64,000 bases of DNA from Eledone cirrhosa (GCA_964016885.1 OZ024747.1:77438001-77502000), one strand, 5' to 3'; numbered from the stretch's first letter, positions 12,435 through 29,099 are shown. The notes: a model not told the origin generated them from the letters alone. A program made the numbers and translations.

Positions 12435-12532
12435 TATTTACATACACCAGCAATTATGGTAGCATTACAAAATACCGTAACAACACTTTTAACTAATAAC
12501 TTACATTATACTGTTTGGATTACTTCATAACT

Positions 12533-14100
12533 AGTGTAGCCACACCTATAACTGATTGTAGCCACACCTATAATTTATTTTAGCCACACCTATAGTTTAT
12601 TGTAGCCACACCTATAATTTATTGTAGACACACCTCTAGTTTGTTGTGGCCACACCTTTAGATTATTGTAGCCACACCTCTAATTCATTGTAGCCACACC
12701 TATAATTTATTGTGGCCACACCTCTAGTTTATTGTAGCCACACCTTTAGATTATTGTGGCCACACCTCTAGTTCATTGTAGCTACACCTCTAATTTATTG
12801 TAGCAACACTTATAACTGATTTTAGCCACGCCTTTAACTTATTGTAGCCACACCTCTAGCTTATTGTAGATTATTGTGGCCACACCTCTAGCTTATTGTA
12901 GCCACACCTCTAGATTATTGTAGCCACACCTCTAGATTATTGTGGCCACACCTCTAGCTTATTGTAGCCACACCTCTAGATTATTGTAGATTATTGTGGC
13001 CACACCTCTAGCTTATTGTAGCCACACCTCTAGATTATTGTAGCCACACCTCTAGATTACTGTGGCCACACCTCTAGCTTATTGTAGCCACACCTCTAGA
13101 TTATTGTAGCCACACCTCTAGCTTATTGTAGCCACACCTCTAGATTATTGTAGCCACACCTCTAGCTTATTGTAGCCACACCTCTAGCTTATTGTAGCCA
13201 CACCTCTAGCTTATTGTAGCCACACCTCTAGCTTATTGTAGCCACACCTCTAGCTTATTGTAGCCACACCTCTAGCTTATTGTAGCCACACCTCTAGATT
13301 ATTGTGGCCACACCTCTAGATTATTGTAGCCACACCTTTAGATTATTGTGGCCACACCTCTAGCTTATTGCGGACACCCCTATAGATTATTGTAGTCACA
13401 CCTCTAATTTATTGTAGCCACACCTCTAGCTTATTGTGGCCAGACCTCTAGCTTATTGTACCCACACCTCTACATTATTGTGGCCACACCTCTAGCTTAT
13501 TGTGGCCACATCTTTAGATAATTGTGGCCACACCTTTAGATTATTGTAGCCACATCTTTAGATTATTGTGGCACACCTCTAGATTATTGTGGCCACACCT
13601 CTTTCTTATTGTGGCCACACCTTGATTATTGTGGCCACTCCTTTAGATTATTGTGGCCACACCTCTAGCTTCTTGTAGCCAAACCTTTAGATTATTGTAG
13701 CCACACCTTTAGATTATTGTGCCCACACCTCTAGCTTATTGTGGCCAGACCTCTAGCTTATTGTACCCACACCTCTACATTATTGTGGCCACACCTCTAG
13801 ATTTGTATAGTCACACCTCTAGCTTATTGTGGCCACATCTTTAGATAATTGTGGCCACACCTTTAGATTATTGTAGCCACACCTTTAGATTGTGGCCACA
13901 CCTCTAGCTTATTTTGGCCACACCTCTAGCTTATTGTGGTCACACCTCTAGTTTATTGTAGCCACACCTCTAGCTTATTGTGGCCACACCTCTAGATTAT
14001 TGTAGCAACACCTCTAACTTATTGTGGCCACATCTCTATATTATTGTAGCCACACCTCTAGCTTATTGTGGTCACACCTCTAGATTTGTATAGCCACATC
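12533..14100. repeat. 22-bp tandem satellite, about 70 copies
   Basis: Consensus G(C/A)TTATTGT(A/G)GCCACACCTCTA. Confidence 0.95.
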
Positions 14101-14779
14101 GCTATACATTTAGCTTAGGTTAATCTAATACTAATTCGCCAAGTGTTTACCCGAGGAGACTAACGATTTATGCAAATTTCCATGATGGTACTTACTTAAT
14201 TTAAAAGTACATCACACACTGATTACTACAGTCCCGTTCTTTCTGACCTCTTTAGAAATATTTGTTGCCATGCTATAAAATATTTGTTGCCATGGCATAG
14301 AAATATTCGTTGCCGTAGCATAGAAATATTCGTTGCCATAGCATAAATATATTCACTGTCTCGTGAGATTTACAATAATTTACGCAATACCTCTTTCCAA
14401 AGAGACGGTCTTCTGAATAAGTTAGCAATGACATCAGATAATTGATTTAACCATTTCTTTTTGTCATACTATTGCTATTACACCAACGACAGTTTCCAAC
14501 TTACGATTGTAGTTATTTTACATACGACGGTGGGATGAAATCTTCATAGGCTGACTATGAATGATTAATGCTAGAGCTGTGAAATCTTGCATGAATCAGT
14601 TTCAACTCTTCTTATTAGTAACTGTATTGTTTCTTCGCATGTAAACTGACATCTGACTATTGAAAGAAGACTTCAAATGTAACTGGTAGCAGTCTTGGAT
14701 CAAACAAGGACAGAGAGGGAATACTTGGGACCTGGAATATCTTCAAGCATTCACAGCTCCCTGCAAATCAGACAGTACG

Positions 14780-15165
14780 ATCGATGGAAACTCCACCTTA
14801 GCGTTCTATAGATGATTAGTGGCGGGTAAAAGCAACAATGTTCTTGGGGAGACCCCTAGCATCGATGAAAATTATCTAACCCTCCTTTTACAGAAGACGT
14901 TTGGTGCAGGGCCCATAGAAAACTTCAAGAAATCCCTGGCGGTGCTACTGGGTCGGGTGAGACTGGTGGTGTTATTGCCAGTTCGAGATAAACTCCACAT
15001 CCATGGAAGTGCCGTCAGTTGAGCCTGTCTGATATGTGTTCAGGGCGACCAAACAGTCCTGCACGCATTCGTCCAGTGTCCGAACATTGCTGACTTGTGG
15101 AACATCTGCTGTCACGTGTATGACAAATCCGGTTATTAGCTGAGTCCATCATGAAGATCGCCCCC
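14780..15165 (+). mobile_element. Degenerate Tx1-like ORF2 C-terminal fragment
   Basis: QKTFGAGPIENFKKSLA...LPVRDKLHIHGSAV..C..C..DQTVLHAFVQC aligns with the C-terminus of ORF 45109-47556. Confidence 0.8.
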
Positions 15166-15391
15166 ACCTCCCCAACGAAAACTTTTATTCACTTCGTAAG
15201 AAAATATACGAAAAAAAGCAAAAATTAAGATTATATATATAAGACACATAATTGATTGAACTGCTAAAAATAATATTTGCGAAATGGCACTCAAATAGCA
15301 TCGTAATATATAAAAAGGAGGTTAGAAACATTGGATGATGACCGGGAGAAAGACGAGTCATTCGGTCGTATATCTACTGGATAGCAATTTA

Positions 15392-15457
15392 TCTATATAT
15401 AATATAAAAGAGAGATGTTTATTGGTTGGTTGGGTGGTTGGTTGAATCACACGAAAA

Positions 15458-15521
<64 letters not shown>

Positions 15522-15523
15522 CT

Positions 15524-15560
<37 letters not shown>

Positions 15561-16112
15561 CAGAAAGATAGAGATAGGCCGTTGTACAGAGAGTGAGTGA
15601 GAGAGAGAGAGAGAGAGATGTCCCACGAAAGTATCAGTTGAAGGTTTAACAATATTGCGTTAGCTTTTATAAAGTCGATTTACAGTCTTTGATTTTACAG
15701 AACAAAGAAAAATTGATACTATTTGAAATGAATCTAACCTCCAGCTTCTATCCATATACTACTTACAGTCCGTACTAACGAAGTTAAACAGTTCAGAAGC
15801 AATGTCATACGTTATATTGCTGTGTATCAGAGGACGTCCTTTGGAGCTGAAAAAGATCATACTGAGTATAGTTATTTCACAACATTTAAAATCCAAGGTC
15901 AATGCTACCATTTAATCGGCAGATTACTCCCTCAGCCTAATAAGGAAGTTTTATGATTGTCTTTTTTTTTTGTCTCTCTCAGACACAGTCACACACACAC
16001 ACACATTATAGTCTCACCTCTTACCAGACAACACATCCAATACAGTCGTTTTCTCTTTTATCCGTCTTCTCTTAATTGTTTTTTTCCGGGCGAAGCCGGG
16101 TACCTCAACTAG
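15392..16112 (+). mobile_element. Non-autonomous Helitron
   Basis: 5' A|TCTATATAT.. start followed by microsatellites. 3' hairpin ccgggcgaagccggg then CTAG|T. AT target site. Confidence 0.7.
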
Positions 16113-16587
16113 TTTGAAGATAAATGACAACAACAAATGATTAAATTTCATTGTAATTTATGTTAAACTTTCTTTAAAATATATTTTTTGTTACGACAAA
16201 GAATTTATTAATGTTATGAATATCAGAAAAGCATGCGACCCTGAGAATATCGATATCAGGATCCATCTTCAGCATTGCTGTAAAATGGAGAGTTAAGCCC
16301 CTACTCTCGAACCATTGACTGCGGCGTGACTTCCTGTGAAAATAAAGAAAAAATATGTATGATACACACATATTAGCATAGTACCCATAAAAATGATGAG
16401 GTTTATAGAAAAAATATTTAATTTAATGATTCCTTGATCAGAGGCGAATACTGTATTTAAGGTCGAGTGACGCAACTTCGAGTGATTGGGGGCCTTTAGA
16501 CTCACCTGATCAATGAAACAATTGTTAATACTGTAAATAAAACCCTTATTGTACAGCCGACCATGTAATTCTTCACTCTTTCACTAC

Positions 16588-18636
<2,049 letters not shown>

Positions 18637-18637
18637 T

Positions 18638-19247
18638 GTCAGGTCACCAGTTGGTGCTACTGGTAACATGTATCCCAGTACAAACTGTCCCATGGTCGGG
18701 TCGTTGGCGACTAAACTGGCAACCCCACCAAGGTTTCTTGGTGAGGAGGGTGACTTTGGACATCCTGCAGGACTAAAAACAAAACCTGTCAAAGGGCAAA
18801 GGAGCTCTTAAGAGTCAATGGCCATCCAAAATCACCGGGAGAGATGACCCCTTAGCCTTTGTCAAGGCAGAATTCTAGGAGAAGGAAAACTCTGATATAA
18901 CACCTGCAACCCTGATGGTATCCAATGATGTTGACTTGTTCTTCTTTTTGGTAAATATCATCTTGGTTAAAGGAGTGGGACTGGCTTTGTGCAGTGCCTT
19001 TGCTCACTATAAAAGCTTCACGGCACAGGCATTGCTTTATATCTGGAGATCTCTCTGCACTTGTCGTCACATGGTACCATGGGCCCAGCACTATGTGTCA
19101 ATAATTGTCACAGGTGTAGTGTTTGTACCAGAGTTTTCAAGTCGCTGGCTAGACTAAAAAGTCACACTCGTTCAGCGCATCGGTAGGGGTTCTCCTACAT
19201 GGATATAAAGTAGTCGCCGTACTCGAAAACGAGTTGGCAGCCACCAT
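18638..19247 (+). mobile_element. ~610 bp bipartite RTE-derived non-autonomous element (full copy)
   Basis: RTE 5'UTR-like motif ggagaaggaaaactctga. The 3' part encodes a decayed [20 protein letters not shown]. Microsatellite on both flanks, with six close copies in the window. Confidence 0.8.
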
Positions 19248-20227
<980 letters not shown>

Positions 20228-20501
20228 GAAGAATAACATGGTGAACAGTATAAATTTCCTTGTTTATACTGTTGACCAGGTTATTCTTCACTTTTTCAAT
20301 TTTATTACTCCAAGATGTACTTACACAGGAATACAACTGAAGTCATAAACTCGTCATCCACGTAAACCTGAAGAATGACGTGGTCGGCTGTACAATAGGG
20401 TTTATTTAAAGTATTAACAATTGTTTCATTAGTCCGGTGTGTCTAAAAATCGGTGATCGTTAGAAGTCACGTCACTCGATTTTAATTACAGTCGATACCC
20501 G

Positions 20502-20598
<97 letters not shown>

Positions 20599-21551
20599 GG
20601 GTTAGTCTTAAATATTTGATACCTTTTTATATTCCTAAGTAACTGTTATTAGGCCCCCAAATGTAATGAAATATCCATACGTCCTAAATATATTTTCGTT
20701 TTGCCCTTGATATAGTTTATAAAATGCTTTCTAGAAGAAAGATATACTCACCATAGCTTCTTGCGTAAGGGCACACATTGAACAGCATATATGTAGAACC
20801 ATATCCATCACCAAGGAACCCTGAAATGGAAAAGAATAGCCACCGTATAAGTGTGTTTTAGACAAATATACAAACTAACGTACATAAATGTGTATTTATA
20901 ACAGCGTGAAAAGTAAAGCGGAACATTCGAACAGAAATATCCTGCAATATTAATGTGCACCTGAGTAATCTTCTCTTGCAACAACGTCCACTTTGTATTT
21001 CGTATCTTGCTAGAACGATGTGAATAAGTAACAGAACACCTCCCCCACTCCTCAAATTGGTGACCCAGCTTCGCCACACCATAGTGACTGAAGCCAAGAG
21101 CAAAAATAAATTAAATAAAATAAATACAAAATACATTAACGTTTTGAGCGGAATTCGTTAGACAAAAACTGCAGAAGCCCGCCATATATACATGATAAAC
21201 TATGATCGAATGCTCACTCTGATGAACCTACAGTAACTGGACCTTACAGGAAATACAGGATTCTACTGATTATCTGAAATGTTTGTAAGCGAACCAAATC
21301 TCAGATTGGAATGTACGAAGTACCCACAGATTTATAACATCACACAGTGAAGGTTATGTCCATGCAATCCAGGGCCATGAAATCCGCAATATATATGTTC
21401 TACACAAAAGACAGAAAGCAACAAATGTAGATTATACTAAAACAAAATTGAAAACTTGAGTCATATCCTTGGCAATTATGAGAGAATGTCCTCGAGGTAA
21501 TACGTTCCCATAAGAAATATGGTGGCTAGAGCAATCTGGAATAGAATGAAA

Positions 21552-21920
21552 TAAAAATACATCTAGAAACTATCTACAGATTGCTGATCTAGTTTGCCAG
21601 AGAAAAATACATCTAGGTGCTTTTACAGATTGCAGATCTAGTTTGCTAGAGAAAAATACATCCAGATGCTTTTACAGATTGCAGATCTGGTTTGCTAGAG
21701 CAAGAAACATCCAGATGCTTTTACAGATTGCAGATCTAGTTTGCTAGAGAAAAATACATCCAGATGCTTTTGCAGATTGCAGATCTGGTTTGGGGGAGAG
21801 AAATATATCTGGATGTCTATTTTTTTCAGATTGAAGATCTAGTTTGCCACAGAGAAAGTATATCTGGACGTCTTCTAAATACTGCTAATCTGAAAGGTTA
21901 CAGAGAAATTCATCTTGATG
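21552..21920. repeat. Minisatellite, about 7 copies of a ~50 bp unit
   Basis: Unit aaaatacatccagatgcttttacagattgcagatctagtttgctagagaa. Confidence 0.88.
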
Positions 21921-21922
21921 CC

Positions 21923-21963
<41 letters not shown>

Positions 21964-21970
<7 letters not shown>

Positions 21971-22205
21971 GTAGTAACACAACAGTTAGTTCACCATAAC
22001 AAGGACAATTGTTCCACCTTAGCGATCTTCAGCTCGTACAGGTTATGGTTATACGGACAACCATAACCAGTACGAGCTGAAGATCCGCTAATGTGAAACA
22101 ATTGGTCTCGGTATGGTGAACTAACTGTTGTGTTACTACTTCTACCAAACTCGTCCCGTGGAGTGAGTGTTCTACCACTACTGATATTACCTTCCAGTGT
22201 TCTAC

Positions 22206-22206
<1 letters not shown>
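21964..22206. mobile_element. Palindromic (TA)n-flanked element with a hammerhead motif in each arm (family C)
   Basis: Arms about 21964-22050 and 22059-22144. Consensus cgag CTGAAGA tccgctaaggt GAAA caattg TC ctcg, each arm with point mutations. Non-palindromic copy at 36490-36666. Confidence 0.78.
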
Positions 22207-22252
<46 letters not shown>

Positions 22253-22254
<2 letters not shown>

Positions 22255-22303
22255 CTTCTACAGGACTAGAACTGTTTCATTCGTGAGAAATCATCAGGAA
22301 GCT
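22253..22303 (-). ncRNA. Type I hammerhead ribozyme (intact core, family D)
   Basis: Minus strand reads agcttc CTGATGA tttctcacgaat GAAA cag-ttctagtc-ctg TA gaagct. Confidence 0.85.
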
Positions 22304-22318
22304 GACATCCTGGAATAA

Positions 22319-22369
<51 letters not shown>

Positions 22370-22383
22370 CTGTGTGTGTGTGT

Positions 22384-22430
<47 letters not shown>

Positions 22431-22678
22431 ATATTTTATATGATATATAGACTCGCATCTACATGTTAAAACATGTAATATGTAATTAAGTATGTAATAT
22501 AACAGAGTGTTGTAGTTTGCTTGAAGCATTATTGAATAGGAAAAACAAATTTAAATAATTTTGAGAACCAAACAATTATCAAGGGAGTATCCCTATGAGA
22601 GACTTAAAGGAACGATCAGACTTGACTTGTTTGGGAGGCATATATATATATATATATATATATATACATGCACATATG

Positions 22679-22718
<40 letters not shown>

Positions 22719-22789
22719 CATATATATTTTATATATATAATATATTATATATATTTTATATATATAATATATCATATATATTTTATATA

Positions 22790-22840
22790 TATAATATCAT
22801 ATATATTTATATATATATATATGTAATTATTATAAATATC

Positions 22841-22874
<34 letters not shown>

Positions 22875-23269
22875 GTATTTATTATAAATATCATATATAT
22901 ATATATATTTATTATAAATATCATATATATATATATATATTTATATATATGTATTTATTATAAATATCATATATATATATATATATTTATTATAAATATC
23001 ATATATATATATATTTTTATTATAAATATCATATATATATATATTTTTATTATAAATATCATATATATATATATTTATTATAAATATCATATATATATAT
23101 ATATATTTTTATTATAAATATCATATATATATATATTTTTATTATAAATATCATATATATATATATTTTTATTATAAATATCATATATATATATATATTT
23201 ATTATAAATATCATATATATATATATATTTATTATAAATATCATATATATATATATATATATTATAAAT

Positions 23270-23280
<11 letters not shown>
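22790..23280. repeat. AT-rich ~30 bp minisatellite
   Basis: Unit (at)n-ttttattataaatatc. Confidence 0.88.
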
Positions 23281-23323
<43 letters not shown>

Positions 23324-23327
<4 letters not shown>

Positions 23328-24589
23328 AAAGTTTTATTTAAAATTGTTGGGTTACAACAAGTAAATATTTTATAACCGATATAAAGCACTTGACAAGTTT
23401 TGGAGTAGATATACGATATTAAACAAATGGAAACTATATTTATAAAACCATATTTATTTCATTATACATATTACAGGGATACCATATTAAAAATATGGCA
23501 TGCCTTCGTCAGATAAAATACAATATATAAACAGTTTTATAAATAATTTTGTATATATATAGTGAAATTTTTTATAACACAAGGAATTTGTTTATGACAC
23601 AAGAAATTATAGAGTTGATCACGTAAAGTCATGTGTATGTCTATATTATCGACTAGAGCTAGACATAACTTTCTCTTTTTCTTTTTTCAGAAAGTACATA
23701 TACGTATATATACATATATATTTCCGTATTTTTATAAATAGGGTAATTTTTTGAAGGTTTATCTCAGATTTTGGTACATTGACCTCAGAGTTTTAAACTA
23801 AACATATGGTCATTATTGAGCAAAATTATTTTCTCACATTATATATCTATGTCTCATTCATGAATATTTGAATTTACATTCTATTACCCAGTTCATATGA
23901 ATTGATAATTCAAATTGATATGACATGACGTAAAGATGTAACTGTATCCTCTCTCTCTACATATAGCTCTTTCTCCTCTCTCTTTATATATGATGAAGTT
24001 TTATGTATCTGTCGCTTTGATTTTGCCTCTCATATTTTTCTCTTATTTCTCCCCCTATATACTATATTTTCTCTCCCTCTTTCTTTTCCTCCCACCTCTC
24101 TCTCTCTGTTTTCTCTTTATCTCCATTTTTTCTTTCTCTCCGTCTTTTCTCTAACTGTGCTTAACACTATAACTAAGTAATTACTGTACTCTCTCTCTAT
24201 ATAGTACTCCTTCTCTCTTGAATCTCTCTATTTGTATGGTGAATTATTATTATTCATCTGTTGCCTTCGGTTGCGTTTCTTTTTTTCACCTCCTCCTTCT
24301 TTCTCTCTCCCCTCTCTCTCTCTGTTTTTGTTTACCTCCATCTCTTCTTTTTCTCCGTCTTTTTTCTAACTGTGCTTAACACTAAATAATTATAAACACT
24401 TCACTACCAATCCAGCCTCCTAATTTAATGGTCGCTTATATTTATGGTACGTCAAAATTATTTATAAAACTGTTTATATATTGTATTTTATCTGACGAAG
24501 GCATGCCATATTTTTAATATGGTATCCCTGAAATATGTATATTGAAATAAATATGGTTTTATAAATATAGTTTCCATTTGTTTAATATC

Positions 24590-24594
<5 letters not shown>
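23324..24594 (+). mobile_element. Non-coding PLE-like element, family H copy 1, with an inverted copy of its 3' end
   Basis: Body 23560-24594 ends in a hammerhead plus (TA)n. Inverted terminus 23324-23551 carries a GAAA>GTAA mutant hammerhead at 23456-23519. Confidence 0.75.
24485..24548 (+). ncRNA. Type I hammerhead ribozyme (family H)
   Basis: attttat CTGACGA aggcatgccatatt-tt-aatatggtatccct GAAA tatgta TA ttgaaat. Confidence 0.8.
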
Positions 24595-24671
<77 letters not shown>

Positions 24672-24698
24672 GTATATATATACATATGTATATATATA

Positions 24699-25190
24699 TT
24701 GGACATCCTGCAGGACTAAAAACAAAACCTGTCAAAGGGCAAAGGAGCTCTTAAGAGTCAATGGCCATCCAAAATCACCGGGAGAGATGACCCCTTAGCC
24801 TTTGTCAAGGCAGAATTCTAGGAGAAGGAAAACTCTGATATAACACCTGCAACCCTGATGGTATCCAATGATGTTGACTTGTTCTTCTTTTTGGTAAATA
24901 TCATCTTGGTTAAGAGAGTGGGACTGGCTTTGTGCAGTGCCTTTGCTCACTATAAAAGCTTCACGGCACAGGCATTGCTTTATATCTGGAGATCTCTCTG
25001 CACTTGTCGTCACATGGTACCATGGGCCCAGCACTATATGTCAATAATTGTCACAAGTGCAGTGTTTGTACCAGAGTTTTCAAGTCGCTGGCTGGACTAA
25101 AAAGTCACACTCGTTCAGCTCATCGGTAGGGGTTCTCCTACATGGATATAAAGTAGTGGCCGTACTCGAAAACGAGTTGGCAGCCACCAT
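24699..25190 (+). mobile_element. Bipartite RTE-derived element, 5'-truncated copy
   Basis: Near-identical to 18756-19247. Confidence 0.85.
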
Positions 25191-25311
25191 ATATATACAT
25201 ATGTATATATACATACATATGTATATATATATACATATGTATATATACATACATATGTATATATATATACATATGTATATATATATACATATGTATATAT
25301 ATATACATATG

Positions 25312-25344
<33 letters not shown>

Positions 25345-25419
25345 GTATATATATATATATGTATATATATATATGTATATATATATGTGTATATATATAT
25401 ATATGTATATATATATATG

Positions 25420-25506
<87 letters not shown>

Positions 25507-25509
25507 GTG

Positions 25510-25540
<31 letters not shown>

Positions 25541-25557
25541 GTATATATAAATATATG

Positions 25558-25602
<45 letters not shown>

Positions 25603-25671
25603 GTATATAGATATATATATATGTATATACGATATTAAACAAATGGAAACTATATTTATAAAATCATATTT

Positions 25672-25735
25672 ATTTCATTATACATATTTCGGGGATACCA
25701 TATTAAAAATATGGCATGCCTTCTTCAGATAAAAT
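25672..25735 (-). ncRNA. Type I hammerhead ribozyme (family H)
   Basis: Reverse complement of the 27388-27451 motif, with intact core. Confidence 0.82.
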
Positions 25736-27387
25736 ACAATATATAAACAGTTTTATAAATAATTTTGACGTACCATAAATATTGATCAACTTTTATGTAA
25801 GAAGTTGGTTTGGTAGTGAAATGTTTATAAATATTTAGTGTTAAGCACAGTTAAAAAGAAAGACGGAGAAAAAGAAGAAATGTATGTAAAGAAAAACAGA
25901 GAGAAATAGAGAGAGATATGGGAGAGAGAAATAGTGAGGAGGTGAAAAAAGAGAGGCGGCTGAGGCAACAGATGAATAATAATAATTCATCATACAAATT
26001 GAGAGATTTAGGAGGGAGGGAGTACTGTACTTATTTAGTTATAGTGTTAAGGAGACGGAGAGAAATAAAAAATGAAGAGAAAACAGAGAGAGAGAGAAAG
26101 ATAGAGGTGGGGGGAAAAAGAGGTAGACAAATAATAATAATTATTATATATGGGGAGGTGAGAGAAATAGGAGAGAGGTAAGAGAGAAAACAAGAGAGAA
26201 ACTCCAGAGGCAAAGTTAAAATAACCGATACTTAGACTTCATCAAATATAAAGAGGGAGGAGAAGAAAGAGCTATATCTAGATAGAGGGATGATAGATTT
26301 ACATCTTAACGTTATGTCCTATCAATTTGAATTATCAATTCATATGAATTGGGTATTATAATGTAAATATCAATATTCATGAATGAGACATAGATATATA
26401 ATGTGTGAAAAATAATGACCATATGTTTAGTTTAAAATTCTGAGGTCGATGTACCAAAAACTGAGATAAAACTTCAAAAAATACGGAAATATATAAGTAT
26501 ATATGTACTTTCCGGAAAAGGAAAGAAAGAGAAAAAGAGAAGGTCATCTCAAGTTCTAGTTGATACTATAGACATACCCATGATCTTACGTGATCAACTC
26601 TGTAATTTCTTGTTTCACAGAAAAAAAAATTTTCCCTTGTGTTATAAAAGATTTTACTATATATATATATACATAAAAAAATATATATATACATAAAAAA
26701 TATATATTAATACTCCTGCCTTCACATACATGATTATCGTTCATGTATAGAATATTATGCATATCTGTAACATATCCAGAGCTATACCCACACATACATA
26801 TATATATATATATGTATGCACACATATATGTACATGGACAGATAAAATAAACAGATAAAATAAAATATACTCAGTAATCATTCCATATTCATATTAATAC
26901 ATATGGCCTTTGTACAGAGACAACCAGATATTAATATATCACTTCTCTCCTATTTCTCTCACCTCCCCATATATAATAATTATTATTATTTGGTCTACCT
27001 CTTTTTTCCCCCCACCTCTATCTTTCTCTCTCTCTCTGTTTTCTCTTCATTTTTTATTTCTCTATGTCTCCTTAACACTATAACTAAATAAGTACAGTAC
27101 TCCCTCCCTCCTAAATCTCTCAATTTGTATGATGAATTATTATTATTCATCTGTTGCCTCAGCCGCCTCTCTTTTTTCACCTCCTCACTATTGCTCTCTC
27201 CCATATCTCTCTCTATTTCTCTCTGTTTTTCTTTACATACATTTCTTCTTTTTCTCCGTCTTTTTTTTTTAACTGTGCTTAACACTAAATATTTATAAAC
27301 ATTTCACTACCAAACCAACTTCTTACATAAAAGTTGATCAATATTTATGGTACGTCAAAATTATTTATAAAACTGTTTATATATTGT

Positions 27388-27451
27388 ATTTTATCTGAAG
27401 AAGGCATGCCATATTTTTAATATGGTATCCCCGAAATATGTATAATGAAAT
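27388..27451 (+). ncRNA. Type I hammerhead ribozyme (family H)
   Basis: attttat CTGAAGA aggcatgccatatt..aatatggtatcccc GAAA tatgta TA atgaaat. Confidence 0.82.
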
Positions 27452-27825
27452 AAATATGGTTTTATAAATATAGTTTCCATTTGTTTAATATCGTATATCT
27501 ACTCCAAAACTTGTTGAGTGCTTTATATCAGTTATAAAATATTTACCAACAATTTTAAATAAAACTTTTGCATATATGTATATATATATATATATACACA
27601 TATATATATTATATATATAATATGTTATATATATGGCCTGCCCGCCCAGCCAGTGGGATGGCGTCATCGTATGGCTAAAACAGCACGTGCTGTGACCAGC
27701 GGCGCCGAATGCCGCCCGACAGACTGGTCGGTCAAGGTGATCAAGGTGATATATATAATACATACGTATATATAATATTATATATATGTATATTATATAT
27801 ATATAATGTATATATATACATAATG

Positions 27826-27881
<56 letters not shown>

Positions 27882-27984
27882 AAGAAATACTCCAGTCCAA
27901 TAAACTGTTGAGTGCTACTTATCCGATATTTGCATTGCTTTATTGTTCTACAATAAAACTCACCTCCTACATTATATATATATA

Positions 27985-28074
<90 letters not shown>

Positions 28075-28117
28075 TATATATACAGTATATATATTATATT
28101 ATATTATATTATATTAT

Positions 28118-28255
28118 AGAGTTACGGCCCTTGCCATTATGAGTTCAAATCTCGCGGAGGTTAACTTAGCCTTTCATCCTTACGGGGTCGATAAAATAAA
28201 GTACCAGTAATACACTGGGTAATTGCTGGCCTTGTGCCAAAAGTAGAAACAATTA
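28118..28255 (+). mobile_element. SINE S1 (5'-truncated)
   Basis: gagttcaaatctcgcggaggttaacttagcctttcatccttacggggtcgataaaataaagtaccag. Confidence 0.8.
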
Positions 28256-28261
28256 TATTAT

Positions 28262-28872
28262 ATGGAAAGCAGAAGGTCTTCAGAGATGAAGCCCCACTCA
28301 AGCGAGTGGCCCTTAACTTCTTACATTCTAAGGGGGTCGGGCTGTATCCAGGTCATGACGCCTAAGAGCCCTTCTGCTGACATTGAGCCATTCGTGTATC
28401 TAACTAGTTTCTGTTGCCTCTGCTTTCAAACATATATTTAAACGCTTTCTAGAATTGGAAAATAACGTTAACAGTCATAGTAGTGGGGAGACAACAACAT
28501 ATTGTGGCCAACGAGTGAGTCAGAGTTACTTCCCTCAACATGCGTTAAAATAAAAACGCAATATCTCTTACGTGATATGGAGGTCATTTCTGTGCCATCT
28601 CGACGAGATCTGCCTGGAATTTCTTTCCACTGCCTCTGATATTGGGCTTTGGAGCTTGTCTTCCCAGAGGCAGTGAGTTGCTTCATAAGATTGTAGACAG
28701 ATTTGCTAACAAAGTCTCTCGCTCCAACTTCTATGGCGAGAACTTTGACACGAAAGTTGGCCTCCCTCAGGCTGCTGACTAAACTGGCATTTTTTTCGGT
28801 ACTTCTAATTTGCTTTCAAATGACACGGTAAGTTCAACCAAAATCAGCTGTACGATATCTGGCCTCAGACCA
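28262..28872 (-). mobile_element. 3' fragment of a Hero/NeSL-like non-LTR element (restriction-like endonuclease)
   Basis: Minus strand GLRPDIV..ILVELTVSFE...VLAIEVGARDFVS, matching the RPD...ELT...EVG.RG pattern. Confidence 0.7.
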
Positions 28873-29099
28873 CTTATATATATTATATATATATATATAT
28901 ATATTATATTATATTATATCATATTATATTATAAATATATATATATATATATATATATAGTTGTTATATAGTAAGGTGTATTATTGGTTGTGTAAAACGG
29001 TCCAATAAATTTTTGTTAGCAATATTAAGTTCTCCACGCTTTTGTATATCTCCAATTCCATTCAAGCGAACAGCTAGATGATGTAAAACGGAGTATTAG

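Larger units (their letters stand above)
25623..27573 (-). mobile_element. Family H copy 2 with ~550 bp inverted arms
   Basis: Arms 25623-26173 and 26944-27497. Body 26660-25623 is a diverged inverted homologue of 23560-24594. Confidence 0.78.

Noticed and set aside
12533-14100. CRISPR-like array
   Set aside because: Contiguous tandem units without unique spacers, in a eukaryotic context with no cas genes.
18852-19157. Recurrent 79-80 aa ORFs (MLGPWYH..., MVSNDVD...) as a small-protein family
   Set aside because: They recur only because the repeat is multicopy. They overlap on both strands, often use non-ATG starts and show no domain.
21215-21265. Hammerhead at CTGATGA...GGAAA
   Set aside because: No stem III or stem I pairing.
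25918-27285. E/R/K-rich ORF duplicated on both strands
   Set aside because: Purine-rich low-complexity part of the family H inverted arms.
28268-28320. Type II hammerhead in the Hero-like 3' UTR
   Set aside because: CTGAAGA and hairpins are present, but the GAAA box is missing.
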